IMG/VR virus record: IMGVR_UViG_3300048930_001142
DNA: 37,992 nucleotides
DNA from: a virus
Reading direction: 5' to 3' (one strand)
This document shows positions 9,232-17,669 of the stretch, one piece after another. The position numbers and the translations under genes are program-made. Within the stretch, counting starts at the first letter, position 1. The number at the start of each line of letters is the position of its first letter. The notes beneath the pieces are model-generated. The model was not told the origin of the DNA, did no database searches, and saw only the letters and a list, made by a program, of their open reading frames with translations.

Positions 9232-9413
9232 CCAAACTTTCCTTTCCCGCTGCCGGGGTCGACCTGAACCTCGTTTTTCTCGACGATGTAGGCGACAAGC
9301 TCGGCGAGAAGATCGGCCAACACGCCTCCCCTGGCCCCTTCGGCGTCGAGCTTGAAGCCCAGCTCTTTCATCTTGGCGAGTATCCTCTCTCTCACTTCGG
9401 CCTCGTTAAGCAT
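9228..9413 (-). CDS. Hypothetical small protein between the gpV-like and gpW-like genes
   Basis: 61-aa ORF with overlapping start and stop codons relative to its neighbours. No motif recognised. Confidence 0.5.
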   Translation of the reverse strand: MLNEAEVRERILAKMKELGFKLDAEGARGGVLADLLAELVAYIVEKNEVQVDPGSGKGKFG

Positions 9414-9963
9414 GCTTGGCCTTGCAGCGGGTAGAGCCCTGCGGGTGCGGCCCCCCGGTAAAGGCGCAGACGGCCTCTGTCGTCACAACTCCTGCGGCCG
9501 CGTCGGCGCCGCCGAGCGCTACTGTTTCAGCCTCGACGACGACCGCCTTGGCCTTTACGACGATGCTGGCGCCGCCCTCGACCTCGAGCCTTGCCCCCTC
9601 GGGCAAGACGACCCGCATGGCTTTGGCCGCCTTGTCGTAGGACACGCTCGCGCCGTCGCTATAGCTCAGACGGTGACCATCCTCCTTCGGCAAGCTGTCT
9701 TTTGTCATGACAGCCCCGAGAATGACCCCCTGAGCAAGCGAGCCAGACGGAAAAAGACAAAGGACCTGCTCTCCGACCTCGAGCGGCCAGTTCTCGCGGT
9801 CGCCTCGTCCTCTTCGTTTCAGAGTCGAAAGCGGCGGGGTCTCCAGGCCGCCCTCGATCCTGACCCGTGCTCTTGCACCGAAGTCCTGGGTGGCCGTGAC
9901 GACGCCAAAGCTCACAAGGCTTGCAAGCTGGCGCCGCATCTCAGCTGCCTCAAACGCCTTCAC
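9406..9963 (-). CDS. Baseplate assembly/spike protein, P2 gpV-like
   Basis: 185 aa. ARVRIEGGLETPPL...WPLEVGEQVLCLFPSGSLAQGVILGAV fits the gpV OB-fold pattern. Confidence 0.8.
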   Translation of the reverse strand: MKAFEAAEMRRQLASLVSFGVVTATQDFGARARVRIEGGLETPPLSTLKRRGRGDRENWPLEVGEQVLCLFPSGSLAQGVILGAVMTKDSLPKEDGHRLSYSDGASVSYDKAAKAMRVVLPEGARLEVEGGASIVVKAKAVVVEAETVALGGADAAAGVVTTEAVCAFTGGPHPQGSTRCKAKHA

Positions 9964-10616
9964 CGCTTGTCCTCCGTGAGCCTTGTCTTGCGCACGATGA
10001 CGGGAGCGGGTGCCGTGCTTCTTCGCACGACGACCACCGGTGCTTTGCTAGCCCCCTGCCGCGGCTTTGGCGGGGGAGGCGCAGGCTTTGGCGCCGGTTT
10101 GGCTGCCGGCTTGGGCGCTGGCTTGGGCGCTGCCTTAGCGGTCTTTTCCTTGGGCGGTGGCGGAGCCTTCTTGGGCTTTGGAATCTTGTGCTTTCCGCGA
10201 AAGCCGTGCTCGAAGTCGGAGCATTTCTTGAGCGACCTCTCGCGAATCTCAGGGGGCAGGTCCAAAAGCTTGGCCTTGAGCTTGTCAAAATGCCTCCAGG
10301 TCCAAAACTGCCAGCTCCTTCGAGCTTTGGCTGCGGCCTTGAAGGCCTCGCTTCTTGTGACAAACTCGTAGAGGTCGTCTTGGCTGCTGCAGACGTCAAG
10401 ACCTAGCTTGAGGATGGCCGAGCAAAACTGGACGGTCCAGAGGGGGGAGGCCTTGCCGGGCTCTTTGAGCTTTTTTTCAAGCAGCGGCCAGGCCCACTCG
10501 CCGACGTAGCCGTCAAAGGCCAGCTTGGAGAAGGGGTCAAAGGCCGTAAACGGCAGGTAGCCAAGCCTGGTGGCCTCTTCAGTGAAATCAAGCACCACGT
10601 GCTTTCTTTTGGTCAC
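9960..10616 (-). CDS. Hypothetical protein with Pro/Ala/Lys-rich C-terminal low-complexity tail; start revised to GTG at 10616
   Basis: GGAGG lies 6 nt upstream of a GTG that overlaps the upstream stop (GTGA). C-terminus: KKAPPPPKEKTAKAAPKPAPKPAAKPAPKPAPPPPKP. No family recognised. Confidence 0.6.
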   Translation of the reverse strand: MTKRKHVVLDFTEEATRLGYLPFTAFDPFSKLAFDGYVGEWAWPLLEKKLKEPGKASPLWTVQFCSAILKLGLDVCSSQDDLYEFVTRSEAFKAAAKARRSWQFWTWRHFDKLKAKLLDLPPEIRERSLKKCSDFEHGFRGKHKIPKPKKAPPPPKEKTAKAAPKPAPKPAAKPAPKPAPPPPKPRQGASKAPVVVVRRSTAPAPVIVRKTRLTEDKR

Positions 10617-11068
10617 GGCGGCACCTCCGCTGCCTCTGGGTACATGGCGAGAGTGTCCCAGTCGTTGACGCCAAGACGCACCAGCTGCGCCCACTCGCAA
10701 GACCACACCTCGTAGCCTGCAACGGCAAGGTCAAACCGAGAGTCGACGCAGCGAATGACCCGCGCCTGCCGCGCGTAGTCGACAAATGTCTGGTTATGAA
10801 TAGCAAGGGCGATACGGGCTGCAACGTCGCGAGCTGTCACCTGCTGGCGGCCGCGAGCGGGCGGCAAGACGGCCAGGGCCTCCCAGCGCGTCTCAAAGTC
10901 CATCTCGCCTGTCATCGGGTCGCCCTCGGGCTCAAAGTCGGTCATCTCAAAAAAGATGGCCGGCACCTTCTCGATCTTTTTGGTCTCGGGATAGGCGTCG
11001 TAGACGGGGATTTTCGGAAAAACCCGCCTAAGCTCGTCACCGATCTTCTGGTAGATCTCGCCAAACAT
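10613..11068 (-). CDS. Tail terminator / neck protein candidate (lambda gpU-like pattern)
   Basis: 151 aa directly after the gpZ-like gene, as in lambda. By-eye resemblance to the gpU layout (VPAIFFEMTDFEPEG...WEALAVLP). Family assignment is uncertain. Confidence 0.5.
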   Translation of the reverse strand: MFGEIYQKIGDELRRVFPKIPVYDAYPETKKIEKVPAIFFEMTDFEPEGDPMTGEMDFETRWEALAVLPPARGRQQVTARDVAARIALAIHNQTFVDYARQARVIRCVDSRFDLAVAGYEVWSCEWAQLVRLGVNDWDTLAMYPEAAEVPP

Positions 11069-11075
11069 CTCGTCT

Positions 11076-11579
11076 CTACCCGAGTAGGCCTCCGCGGTAT
11101 TTGACCTCGTGCAGCAGGTTTCTCAGGAACACCTCCCGCACGTCCACCTGGAGCGCCGCGGCAGCGGCGGCCGTGTGCAGCTCCACCTTCTGGGCCCCGA
11201 GCGGATGGCGCGCTCTCGACACCCTCCGGTAGACCTTTCTTTCCAGCCGCCCGAGCCGGCCGCGAGCGATAAAGGCGCCCTCGACTTGCCCCCCCTGGCG
11301 GGTCGCAACCCCCGCCCGAGCCTGCCTGGCGCCCGCCAGGATCAAGGGCAGGTCGTGAGTGATCATCGAGAGGGTGGCTTTCATCCCGCGCCCTCTCGTC
11401 TTGATCCTCTGGCGCACGGGCCTTAGCGGCACTCTCGCCTCGTCTGCCGTCTCTTTGGCCAGCTCTCGGGCAAAAGTCCTCACCGTGCGCGAAAGAGCCC
11501 GCGCGATGGCCGCCTCGAGCGTCTTCTCAGACATCTGGGCTGCCTGGGCGAGACCTTCGATTTCCCTTTCAAGACTCAA
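11076..11579 (-). CDS. Lambda gpZ-like minor tail / head-tail connector protein
   Basis: 167 aa. ALSRTVRTFARELAKETADEARVPLRPVRQRIK...DLPLILAG...GAFIARG...VYRRVSRARHP parallels lambda Z. Confidence 0.65.
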   Translation of the reverse strand: MSLEREIEGLAQAAQMSEKTLEAAIARALSRTVRTFARELAKETADEARVPLRPVRQRIKTRGRGMKATLSMITHDLPLILAGARQARAGVATRQGGQVEGAFIARGRLGRLERKVYRRVSRARHPLGAQKVELHTAAAAAALQVDVREVFLRNLLHEVKYRGGLLG

Positions 11580-11923
11580 GCGAAGTCTTCTCCGATCTCG
11601 CTGTCGAGCTCTTCGGCAAGATCAAGCTGGCTCATCCCGGTGAGGTCGTCGTGGCAGGCGGCGACCCGGTAGCGCCTGCCCTCAACGGTAAAGACATCCC
11701 CAGCCTCAGCCCCCGAAAGATCACTCGTCAGGCCGAGAAACTGGCTGTTCTCGGCCGCAACACGCATCGAGCCGAGGTCCTCGTCGAAGAACTTCACGTC
11801 AAAGACGCCGGCCACTTCTCTGCCGGAAAGCTTCCCGGATTTGAACACCCCCCGGTGGACGAGGTCTGTTCCTCTAAAAAAAAAGGTAATGTCCCCCTCG
11901 CCAAAGGCATCTTTTGGTGTCAA
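11576..11923 (-). CDS. Lambda FII-like head-tail joining protein
   Basis: 115 aa. VAGVFDVKFFD...GDVFTVEGRRYRV...DDLTGMSQLDL parallels lambda FII (VIRGVFDDP...GDTLTIGEENFWV...DDGGSCHLWL). Confidence 0.65.
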   Translation of the reverse strand: MTPKDAFGEGDITFFFRGTDLVHRGVFKSGKLSGREVAGVFDVKFFDEDLGSMRVAAENSQFLGLTSDLSGAEAGDVFTVEGRRYRVAACHDDLTGMSQLDLAEELDSEIGEDFA

Positions 11924-13827
11924 CTCTCGCCTCGCCGCGGCCGCGCGCGGTCAGGGCTTGGCGCTGGCCCCTGAGGCGGCTTGATGGTGTCGTAGAAGGC
12001 AAAGGACTCGGGGTGGCGGATGGCGATGTCGACGTCTTGAATGACTCGGATACGCACCGTCCCCGAGGTGCCCTTCAGATAAGGGTTCACCTGCACGTCG
12101 AGCACCCCCCACTCGCCAATCACCAGGTCGGCCCAGTTGCCAAAGATCATGGCGCTCTTGTCGGTGTTCAAGTTGTCGGGGACGATGGTCGAGACCTCGG
12201 CCGGGTAGCCGTTGACGATGCCGCGGCCGTTAGGCCCGCTTCCCCAGATAAAGTTGCTGCTGTTCTCGTTGACGAGCGTGGTTTTCAGCATGCCCGAGAC
12301 CCTGGGGTTTGTGAGATAGGCGAGCGAGCCGAAATTGGCGTTGGCCTTGGCAATCGCGGTTTCGAGCATGACGACGGCGTTAAAGTCAAAATCGGTGAGC
12401 GGCACATTGGTGACGCCCTCGGTCGAGAGAATGCCCCGGGGCTGGTTGTCCTTGCCGCTGCCGGCGATGGCTGCCAGGTCGATGGCGCTCGCCACGGCCG
12501 TGGCGAGGTCTTCTCTGACGACCTCCTCGACGTCGATGGAGCTTTGCAGAATAAGCCGCCGGGAAATATCGGTGAAGGCACCCACCGACTTGGGCGAAAG
12601 CGGCACCTGGTCGGTCTTAAAGGGCTGCTCCTCGACGTCCTTGGTCTCTGCCACCCAAAAGGCCTTGGCGCCGCCGGCCATCCTGGGCAAGGTCACGTTG
12701 CCTTCCAGGCCCGAGAGGATCTTGGCCCCGAGCTGGCGGATCACAAGCCGTGCCCGAAGCGCCTCGATAAAGCTGCCAGGCGGGATATTGCTGGCAACCA
12801 GCGAGCCGGCCGAGCCCGGCGCCGTTGTCGTCTCAAAGCGCGAGGCAAAAATCACGTCTGACGGTACGAGAAAGCCGCTCGTCTGCCGCTTAAACTTCGC
12901 CGCTGCGGCCTCACTCACCTCGCGCTCAAACTCGGCCCCCCGCCAGTCGTTGTTGAGGGCTGCCCGCATGGCCTTGAGAAATGAAAATTTCTTTGACTCG
13001 TCGCGGCTTAGACCGATGTTCTCGCGTGCCGACGCGGGGGCTGCCGCTGGCAGCTCGGGGCGCGACTCCATTGCCATAAGAAGCTTTCGCGAGAACTCGT
13101 CGACCGACAGGCCTTCCATCAGGGCCGCGCGCGCCAGGTCTGGTTTTTGAAACCTGTCTCCAAGCGAGATGATCTCAAGAGCCCTCTTGCGTTCGTCTTC
13201 GGCGCCTGCTGCCACGGAAACTTCCTCCCTCGTTGGCTCTGCGGCGCGCTCCTCTTGGAGGCCGCCTAGCATGTTGATGTCTTCAAAGTGACTACCCCTG
13301 CCGACGCCGACTGTCGGGTCAGCCGGCACGGCCTCAAGCGAGATCTCGAGCGGCTCCCAGTCGGTGACGCGGTAGGTGTCGGCTCCCTCGCTTTTTTGCT
13401 CCTCGAGCTTTAGCTCGTGGTAGCGGTAGGAGACCGACACGTTGGTGCGGATGCCGTCTTTGACGTCCTGGAAGGCTTCCTCGCCAAGCTTGTTTCTGGA
13501 AAATTTGACAAGCGCCTTGCCACGCCGCCCCTCGACTGTGGCCTCCAGCACGACCCCGACCTGCTGGTTTCTGTCGTGGTTTAAGAGAAAAGCTCCGCCG
13601 CGGTTTATCCTCGACAGGCGCACAGCCCGCGACGAGTGGTCGAGGATCTCTCTGCCAAACCAGCGGTCGACCGGAGCTTCCGACGAAAACGTGAGCACCA
13701 CCGTTCTCGCCTCGTCGTTGATCTCGCCCGAGGCCAGGTCAGAGAGCCTATGAGAGATACTGCTCGTCTGGCTCAAGAGCCTCTGCCTCAGCTTCGTCTC
13801 CGCTATCTTCTTCACTGCCCTCTCCAA
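11920..13827 (-). CDS. Fused prohead protease (HK97/S78-like) + major capsid protein (HK97 fold)
   Basis: 635 aa. The N-terminal ~170 aa fit the prohead-protease pattern (VLTFSSEAPVDRWFGREILDH...FLLNHD...NVSVSY). A charged linker follows, then a C-terminal HK97-type capsid domain. The 5' end overlaps the portal gene by 80 nt, so the exact start is uncertain. Confidence 0.75.
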   Translation of the reverse strand: MERAVKKIAETKLRQRLLSQTSSISHRLSDLASGEINDEARTVVLTFSSEAPVDRWFGREILDHSSRAVRLSRINRGGAFLLNHDRNQQVGVVLEATVEGRRGKALVKFSRNKLGEEAFQDVKDGIRTNVSVSYRYHELKLEEQKSEGADTYRVTDWEPLEISLEAVPADPTVGVGRGSHFEDINMLGGLQEERAAEPTREEVSVAAGAEDERKRALEIISLGDRFQKPDLARAALMEGLSVDEFSRKLLMAMESRPELPAAAPASARENIGLSRDESKKFSFLKAMRAALNNDWRGAEFEREVSEAAAAKFKRQTSGFLVPSDVIFASRFETTTAPGSAGSLVASNIPPGSFIEALRARLVIRQLGAKILSGLEGNVTLPRMAGGAKAFWVAETKDVEEQPFKTDQVPLSPKSVGAFTDISRRLILQSSIDVEEVVREDLATAVASAIDLAAIAGSGKDNQPRGILSTEGVTNVPLTDFDFNAVVMLETAIAKANANFGSLAYLTNPRVSGMLKTTLVNENSSNFIWGSGPNGRGIVNGYPAEVSTIVPDNLNTDKSAMIFGNWADLVIGEWGVLDVQVNPYLKGTSGTVRIRVIQDVDIAIRHPESFAFYDTIKPPQGPAPSPDRARPRRGES

Positions 13828-15223
13828 AGGAGAGGCCGAATTTTTCGGCCTTAGCCTTCTCGGCTACGATTTCTGAAAAGACGTCATCCAGCGACCTCCC
13901 CTGCTCGGAGATGATCTCGGTTCGAGATTTGAGCCCGGCCTCCAGCGCCAGGATGTTGGCCTTGGTGTCTTTGAGCGGGTCGACCCAGGCCCAGCGCCGA
14001 GCCACCCACTGCGGCGAGTCAAAGCGGTCCATGTTGACCGTTGTGATTTTCGTGAATTTCTTGGAAAGCACCGCTCCCGTCAACCACTTCGCGTAGACGG
14101 CCTCGCACAGGTTTTCGACCAGCCAGTTTTGCAGGCAGACGTAGTGGTCGCGCTCTTCGAGAAGACTCGACCGCAAGGACGAGTAGCTGACGCTCTCGAC
14201 GTCGTTGGCCAGCGAGTTATAGGAGATGCCAAGACCTGCCGAGATGCCGCGCAAACAGGCCTTCACGAAGGGTCCAAAATTCCCCGCCGGGTGCTCGGGC
14301 TCCCAGGGTTGAAACTCGACCCCCTCGGGCAAGAGCTCAAAGCTCCCCGGCTCGGCCTTCTGGATGACGTTTCCATCCTCGTCGGGCTTGAGGTCTTCGC
14401 CGACATAGCCCGCGCCGCCGGTCTGCTTGAAAAAGCCCATCTTGGTGCTGGCGACCCGGGCTGCGACCAGCTCGGCCTCCTCGTAGCCACCGAGCATCTT
14501 CAGGCGACTCATGGCCGTGTGAATCCACGGCACGCCGCGGGTTTGCTGCGGCATGTCCTGCATGAAGACGTGCAGGATCTCGCCGGCCGGAATGCGCCGG
14601 TAGTGACGACCTGCCACCACCTCGCCCGTGTCGCGGCCTGACTTGAAGTAGTAGGCAGTCGGCTTTCCCCACTCGTCAAGCTCGACTCCCATCGAGATGA
14701 GCCGCTCGCCCTTGCTCTCTGAGAGCTGCTCGTCAAGAAGCGCCGGGTCGATCACCTGCAGCGCCAGACCGTAAGGGTAGCGCTCGCTGTAGACAAAGCG
14801 CACGAAGGCCTCGCCGTCGCGCGCGACCCCTTGCAGGACAAGCCTCTGGACGTCTCGCCAGGAGAGTTTCCCGGTAACGTCGCAGGCACCCTTTTTCCCC
14901 CAGCGGCGAAACTGCTCTTCGATCTCGTCGTTAATCGAGTGATCGATTTCGCCCTGCACCTTGAAGGAGCACCTGAGCTGAATGCCCTTGGGGCCGACGA
15001 CATGCGTGTTGAGGAGTGCGAGAAAGCGCTTCACGTAGTCGTTATTTTGCGCCAGATCCCGCGAGCGCCCTCTTAGCCTTGAAAGGGAAGAGAGGATGTC
15101 CTTGTCGTAGGGGGTGTCAGCCCCCCAGCCTCCGGCCTGAAGCCTGGAGGTCTTGGCGGCGTCAAAACCCCTTCTTTGGACCTTGTCTTTGCGCCTGAGA
15201 AAGACTCTCGCAAACCAGCCCAC
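13748..15223 (-). CDS. Portal protein (lambda gpB family)
   Basis: 491 aa between the gpW-like and capsid genes. Acidic C-terminus. Order A-W-B as in lambda. Confidence 0.85.
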   Translation of the reverse strand: MGWFARVFLRRKDKVQRRGFDAAKTSRLQAGGWGADTPYDKDILSSLSRLRGRSRDLAQNNDYVKRFLALLNTHVVGPKGIQLRCSFKVQGEIDHSINDEIEEQFRRWGKKGACDVTGKLSWRDVQRLVLQGVARDGEAFVRFVYSERYPYGLALQVIDPALLDEQLSESKGERLISMGVELDEWGKPTAYYFKSGRDTGEVVAGRHYRRIPAGEILHVFMQDMPQQTRGVPWIHTAMSRLKMLGGYEEAELVAARVASTKMGFFKQTGGAGYVGEDLKPDEDGNVIQKAEPGSFELLPEGVEFQPWEPEHPAGNFGPFVKACLRGISAGLGISYNSLANDVESVSYSSLRSSLLEERDHYVCLQNWLVENLCEAVYAKWLTGAVLSKKFTKITTVNMDRFDSPQWVARRWAWVDPLKDTKANILALEAGLKSRTEIISEQGRSLDDVFSEIVAEKAKAEKFGLSFGEGSEEDSGDEAEAEALEPDEQYLS

Positions 15224-15229
15224 GCCTTT

Positions 15230-15487
15230 TTAAAACCTCACGAGGACTTGCCGGGCAGGCGGCAAGTCGCCTCGCTTAAGCCTCTCCTCAAGCCGGGCGA
15301 TCTCTTTTTGGTAGTAGTCTTTGGCCTTGAGAAGCTCTGGAAGCGGGATCTTGTCGAGGCGGCGCCGTCCGAGGTTGGTCTCGATCTCAAAAGACGAGAC
15401 GTCCTTGCCGACGCGGCCAGCGAGTGTCGAGTCGATGGCGCGCGAGATTTCGCGTGCGCGCTCGAGCGCAGCTTTGACCTCTTCCAC
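15230..15487 (-). CDS. Lambda gpW-like head-tail joining protein
   Basis: 85 aa between the large terminase and the portal, the conserved gpW position. Confidence 0.65.
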   Translation of the reverse strand: MEEVKAALERAREISRAIDSTLAGRVGKDVSSFEIETNLGRRRLDKIPLPELLKAKDYYQKEIARLEERLKRGDLPPARQVLVRF

Positions 15488-17331
15488 TAGTTTCTCCAGG
15501 CGTTCACAAAGCCGACGCTGTCTCTTCGCTTCTTGATGAGGAGTCTTTTTTTCTCGCTTGCCTTGCCGTGGCTGTCTCTAAGGCGCTCCATCCTTTGCGT
15601 GATCTCGCGAAAGAGCGGATTGAGGATCACGGCGGCCGCGTGCGCGTAGACGGCCGTGTCGAGAGCTTCGTTGCGGCGGTGCCGCGGCAGCTCCCAGACC
15701 TTGACGGGGTGGCCATTTTGGTAAGTGATCTTCACGCGTTCTGAGGTAAGCTGTTTATAGTAATCAGCAGAAAGCGCCATGGGGAAATGTATGTAGCCGG
15801 GGCCGGGCTCTGTGAGCTTGAGCCTCTGGTAGAGAAGCGCCTTCCCCTCGTCGACGCCCAAGGGATAAAGCACCACCTCGCGCCCATCCGAGGGGCTTTT
15901 GCGTCTACTCGGCGCACCGACCACGGGCCTTCCCGTGCCGCGCACGCCCTTTACGGCAAAGACCCTCTGGCCGGTCTTGCCGCGCACGTAGTCGTAGACG
16001 ATCTTGGTGTTGTCGCCCGAGTCGACGGCCGTTGCCACGACCCGGACGGGAAAGCCCCACTCGTGGCGAAACTCCCTAGTGCGAAGCTCGTCGAGAAGAG
16101 CCCACGGCGCCTCTGTGGCGACGTCTCCCCAAAGAACGTAGTAGCCGATGACCCAGGCCTCCCAGTCCTCGCCGTAGCCGATGACTTGGGCCTCAAGGCG
16201 GTCGTCTTGGACGTCGACTCCAAGACAAAGCACCCTGACGCCACGTGGCACCTCGGCCTCGTAGTCTTCGGCTCTCGTGGAAAGGAGACTCGAGGCCACC
16301 GTGTCGACCTCGTCCTCGTAGGGCTCGCCAAGAAAGGTGTTGTAGAAGACCTTCATTTTCTCGGTGTCGCGCTGGGCTGCCATGTACTCGTCGGCCGTCT
16401 CGCCAAAAGAGACCCACGGCGAGTAGAGGGCCGAGACGTGAAAGCCGACACTTGCCCCCCGCTTGTCGGGGTCAAGACAGCGCCAGCGACCGGCCTTGAG
16501 GGCTGCCAATTTGTGGCCGTCGTAGATGGCGCCGGCACACTCCTGGCAGCGGTAGAAGGCTGTCTCAGTCCTTTCCTCCTCCCAGACGACCCCCTCCCAT
16601 TCAAGGACGATAAAGGCGCGGCAGTGGGGACAGGGCAGCTCAAAGACGTGCCGCCTTGAGGCCTCGTAGAGGCGGTTTATCTTGGAGGTCCGGCGCTCTC
16701 TAGAGGGCGAGCTGGTCGCGATAAATTTTCGGTTGTAGAAGGTCGACGAGCGCTTTCGCGCCAGATCGAGCGGGCTTCCTTCCGAGCCAGCCGAGTCGGG
16801 CATCCGGTCGACCTCGTCGGCGTAGACGATGCGAATCGGCCGTGACGAGAGCGAGGCCGGCGAGTTGGCGCCGGCCAGCGAGATGTGACCGCCGGCAAAG
16901 CGCTTGTGCAGCATGGTGTTGGAGCTGTCCTTGGCCTTGGGGTCTTCGACAATCTTGGCCAGGACCTTGGAGTCGCGAATCATGGTGGCCAGGCGGTCTT
17001 TGCTCCAGATCTCGGCTAGCTCAAGCGTTGGCAGAAGCACCAGCTGGGGGCTTGGCTCCTGGTGGGTGTAGTAGCCGATGCAGTTGAGGAGAAACTCGGT
17101 CTTTCCGACCTGGGCTGCGGCCTTGACGATGACCTCTTTGACGTCTGGCGCCTTGACGGCCTCCATGATGCCTCGAAGATATGGCACGCTGTCGGTGCGC
17201 CAGCGGCCAGGCGAGGCCGAGGCCTCGCCCGAGAGGACACGGTAGCGCTCGGCCCAGTCCGAGATGGAAAGCCGAGGCGGCGGGGCAAAGGCTTCGCGAA
17301 AGACTTCGAGCAGCTCTCTTTCTGCCCTCAA
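15487..17331 (-). CDS. terL: Terminase large subunit (lambda GpA family)
   Basis: 614 aa. ISDWAERYRVLSGEASASPGRWRTDSVPYLRGIMEA...AAQVGKTEFLLN matches the GpA N-terminal ATPase region. Confidence 0.9.
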   Translation of the reverse strand: MRAERELLEVFREAFAPPPRLSISDWAERYRVLSGEASASPGRWRTDSVPYLRGIMEAVKAPDVKEVIVKAAAQVGKTEFLLNCIGYYTHQEPSPQLVLLPTLELAEIWSKDRLATMIRDSKVLAKIVEDPKAKDSSNTMLHKRFAGGHISLAGANSPASLSSRPIRIVYADEVDRMPDSAGSEGSPLDLARKRSSTFYNRKFIATSSPSRERRTSKINRLYEASRRHVFELPCPHCRAFIVLEWEGVVWEEERTETAFYRCQECAGAIYDGHKLAALKAGRWRCLDPDKRGASVGFHVSALYSPWVSFGETADEYMAAQRDTEKMKVFYNTFLGEPYEDEVDTVASSLLSTRAEDYEAEVPRGVRVLCLGVDVQDDRLEAQVIGYGEDWEAWVIGYYVLWGDVATEAPWALLDELRTREFRHEWGFPVRVVATAVDSGDNTKIVYDYVRGKTGQRVFAVKGVRGTGRPVVGAPSRRKSPSDGREVVLYPLGVDEGKALLYQRLKLTEPGPGYIHFPMALSADYYKQLTSERVKITYQNGHPVKVWELPRHRRNEALDTAVYAHAAAVILNPLFREITQRMERLRDSHGKASEKKRLLIKKRRDSVGFVNAWRN

Positions 17332-17669
17332 ATGACCTCTCCCCTGGAAAGCTCGGCCAAGGCGTCGTCGATGGCCCTTGTGAGCACTTCTTCGACCTCG
17401 GCTGGCTCGCCAAGCAGAGCCAGGGTGGGCGCTTTAGAGGCTGGGATGGCAAGAAGCCTGGCCTTGGCCGCCATGACGGCCGCCTTCCAGAGCTTTTTCA
17501 CCTCGTCGACTGGCACGAGCTGACGCTCTTTCTCGAGCAGCTCCAGCTCGAGCTTGTCGGCTCTCACCTTGGTGAGCCGCACCTGCTCGGCCTCGAGGGC
17601 TCCTCCTTTGTGTTCTTCCCTCAAAGCCTCACTCCGGTGGAGGTTTGCAGACGGACAGTCGGCAGCCAC
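17328..17669 (-). CDS. Terminase small subunit-like protein (coiled-coil part only; no HTH seen)
   Basis: 113-aa ORF coupled to terL. LELELLEKERQLVPVDEVKKLW resembles the Nu1-type oligomerisation region. Its 5' 49 nt overlap the recombinase ORF, so the start is uncertain. Confidence 0.5.
   Translation of the reverse strand: MAADCPSANLHRSEALREEHKGGALEAEQVRLTKVRADKLELELLEKERQLVPVDEVKKLWKAAVMAAKARLLAIPASKAPTLALLGEPAEVEEVLTRAIDDALAELSRGEVI

Noticed and set aside
11876-11884. 9-nt A/T homopolymer in the FII-like gene as a frameshift or phase-variation site
   Set aside because: It encodes FFF in frame near the N-terminus, and no alternative-frame ORF follows. It is probably incidental.
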